The notes beneath the pieces were generated by a model. The model ran no database searches, was not told the DNA's origin, and was given only the letters and a program-made list of their open reading frames with translations. Both the position numbers and the translations under genes were made by a program. Shown here piece after piece: positions 47,373 to 48,217 of a DNA stretch of 48,217 bases (position 1 is the stretch's first letter; each line of letters starts with the position of its first letter). The stretch spans positions 807,309 to 855,525 of the forward strand of contig NW_018404455.1 in the NCBI RefSeq assembly GCF_002113885.1. The letters are read 5' to 3'. This stretch comes from Mizuhopecten yessoensis (taxonomy: Eukaryota).

Positions 47373-48217
47373 CTGTAAGTTTAAAACACGGTTATAACAG
47401 GTTTACTTTTACGTCATCATTAACGTTCAGTTACTCAGTAAAAGTTGAAGAATTAAACATTGAATTATCAAGAACAAGACAGGGCATGATGTTGGAACCG
47501 CTGTTAAATTAACGGGTTTTCTGAATAAAACATTCACGATACGATTTTTCAAACTGTCTCAATAATTCGTTAATGTGCTAATCTTTTATTTAAATGACAA
47601 TAATGAATATGAATACGTGAATATTTGCTAGATATTTTGGAATATTTGTAAGTGAAAAGTTCGCTGATAAAAATAACCTTAGCTTAACAGGCTACGTACA
47701 ACCAGAAAAAGCGATCATGATCAAAGTTATGTCACCTTACCAGAATTATCAGTCAAATACTCAAAATAAAGACATCTTTCTAAAGTTCTAAAGAAATGTA
47801 AATTATGTCATCATTTGTTGTTTTCCGATCACAAATTTCAATATGTGTAATAATGTATGGTAGTTAGTAGCGTTAGTCGATCTTAACAATAATAATAACA
47901 CCAGATAAAGATAAATGTCAGTGACTTTTAGAATCAACACTTTGCTAACTAGACGCTTCAAGACTCGGTTCCCGTTAGATTTATGCCCGTGTTAATAATG
48001 TATTAATGGATTTGATCAAGCGTATGTACAAAGGTTAAAAATCAAAGGAAATAACCAGCATCATCCATCAATCGCCATTATTAGCAATTCATTACACTTC
48101 ACGAGCTTAATAGAAAATCGCATTATGCGGTCGAATGGAAAACATACGATCACACCATCCCAGCCAGCCATTCCAGCCATCCCAGATGTTTTTATAATAA
48201 ACAAAACTTCTATTTTA

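Noticed and set aside
47736-47800. Further upstream CNBD exon at a GTAAGG donor
   Set aside because: The required phase-0 frame contains TGA and lacks the expected ...FG ending; the upstream exon is probably outside the window.

Overview
AT-rich, repeat-dense eukaryotic DNA from a draft assembly (one 236-N gap and four single-n joins). The SINE, LINE and Kolobok-type repeats suggest a mollusc, probably a bivalve (inference). Two convergent intron-rich genes were reconstructed by hand; the ORF track misses or fragments both. (1) On + (9738-17891), a small secreted protein with a signal peptide and duplicated 51-nt and 36-nt phase-1 mini-exons. These encode furin sites (RNRR/RKRR) and Ser/Glu/Asp tracts with S-x-E and SSEE motifs, ending in ...SRIFG*; it resembles a casein/SCPP-like phosphopeptide precursor. 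(2) On - (33368-47372, 5' partial, 11 exons, 396 aa), a cyclic-nucleotide-binding-domain (CNBD2-like) protein. Its penultimate exon/intron junction is amplified into about 16 in-frame 54-bp copies, 14 of which keep a GT donor. The first 6 kb holds adjacent decayed mobile elements: a compact virus/Polinton-like ORF cluster with a degenerate BIR (IAP) gene, a LINE 3' end, and a DIRS1-like retrotransposon with ICR. Also present are a long-TIR TTAA (Kolobok-like) element, a young L1/Tx1 insertion, L2 fragments, SINEs and many minisatellites. No CRISPR array, rRNA or functional tRNA is supported.
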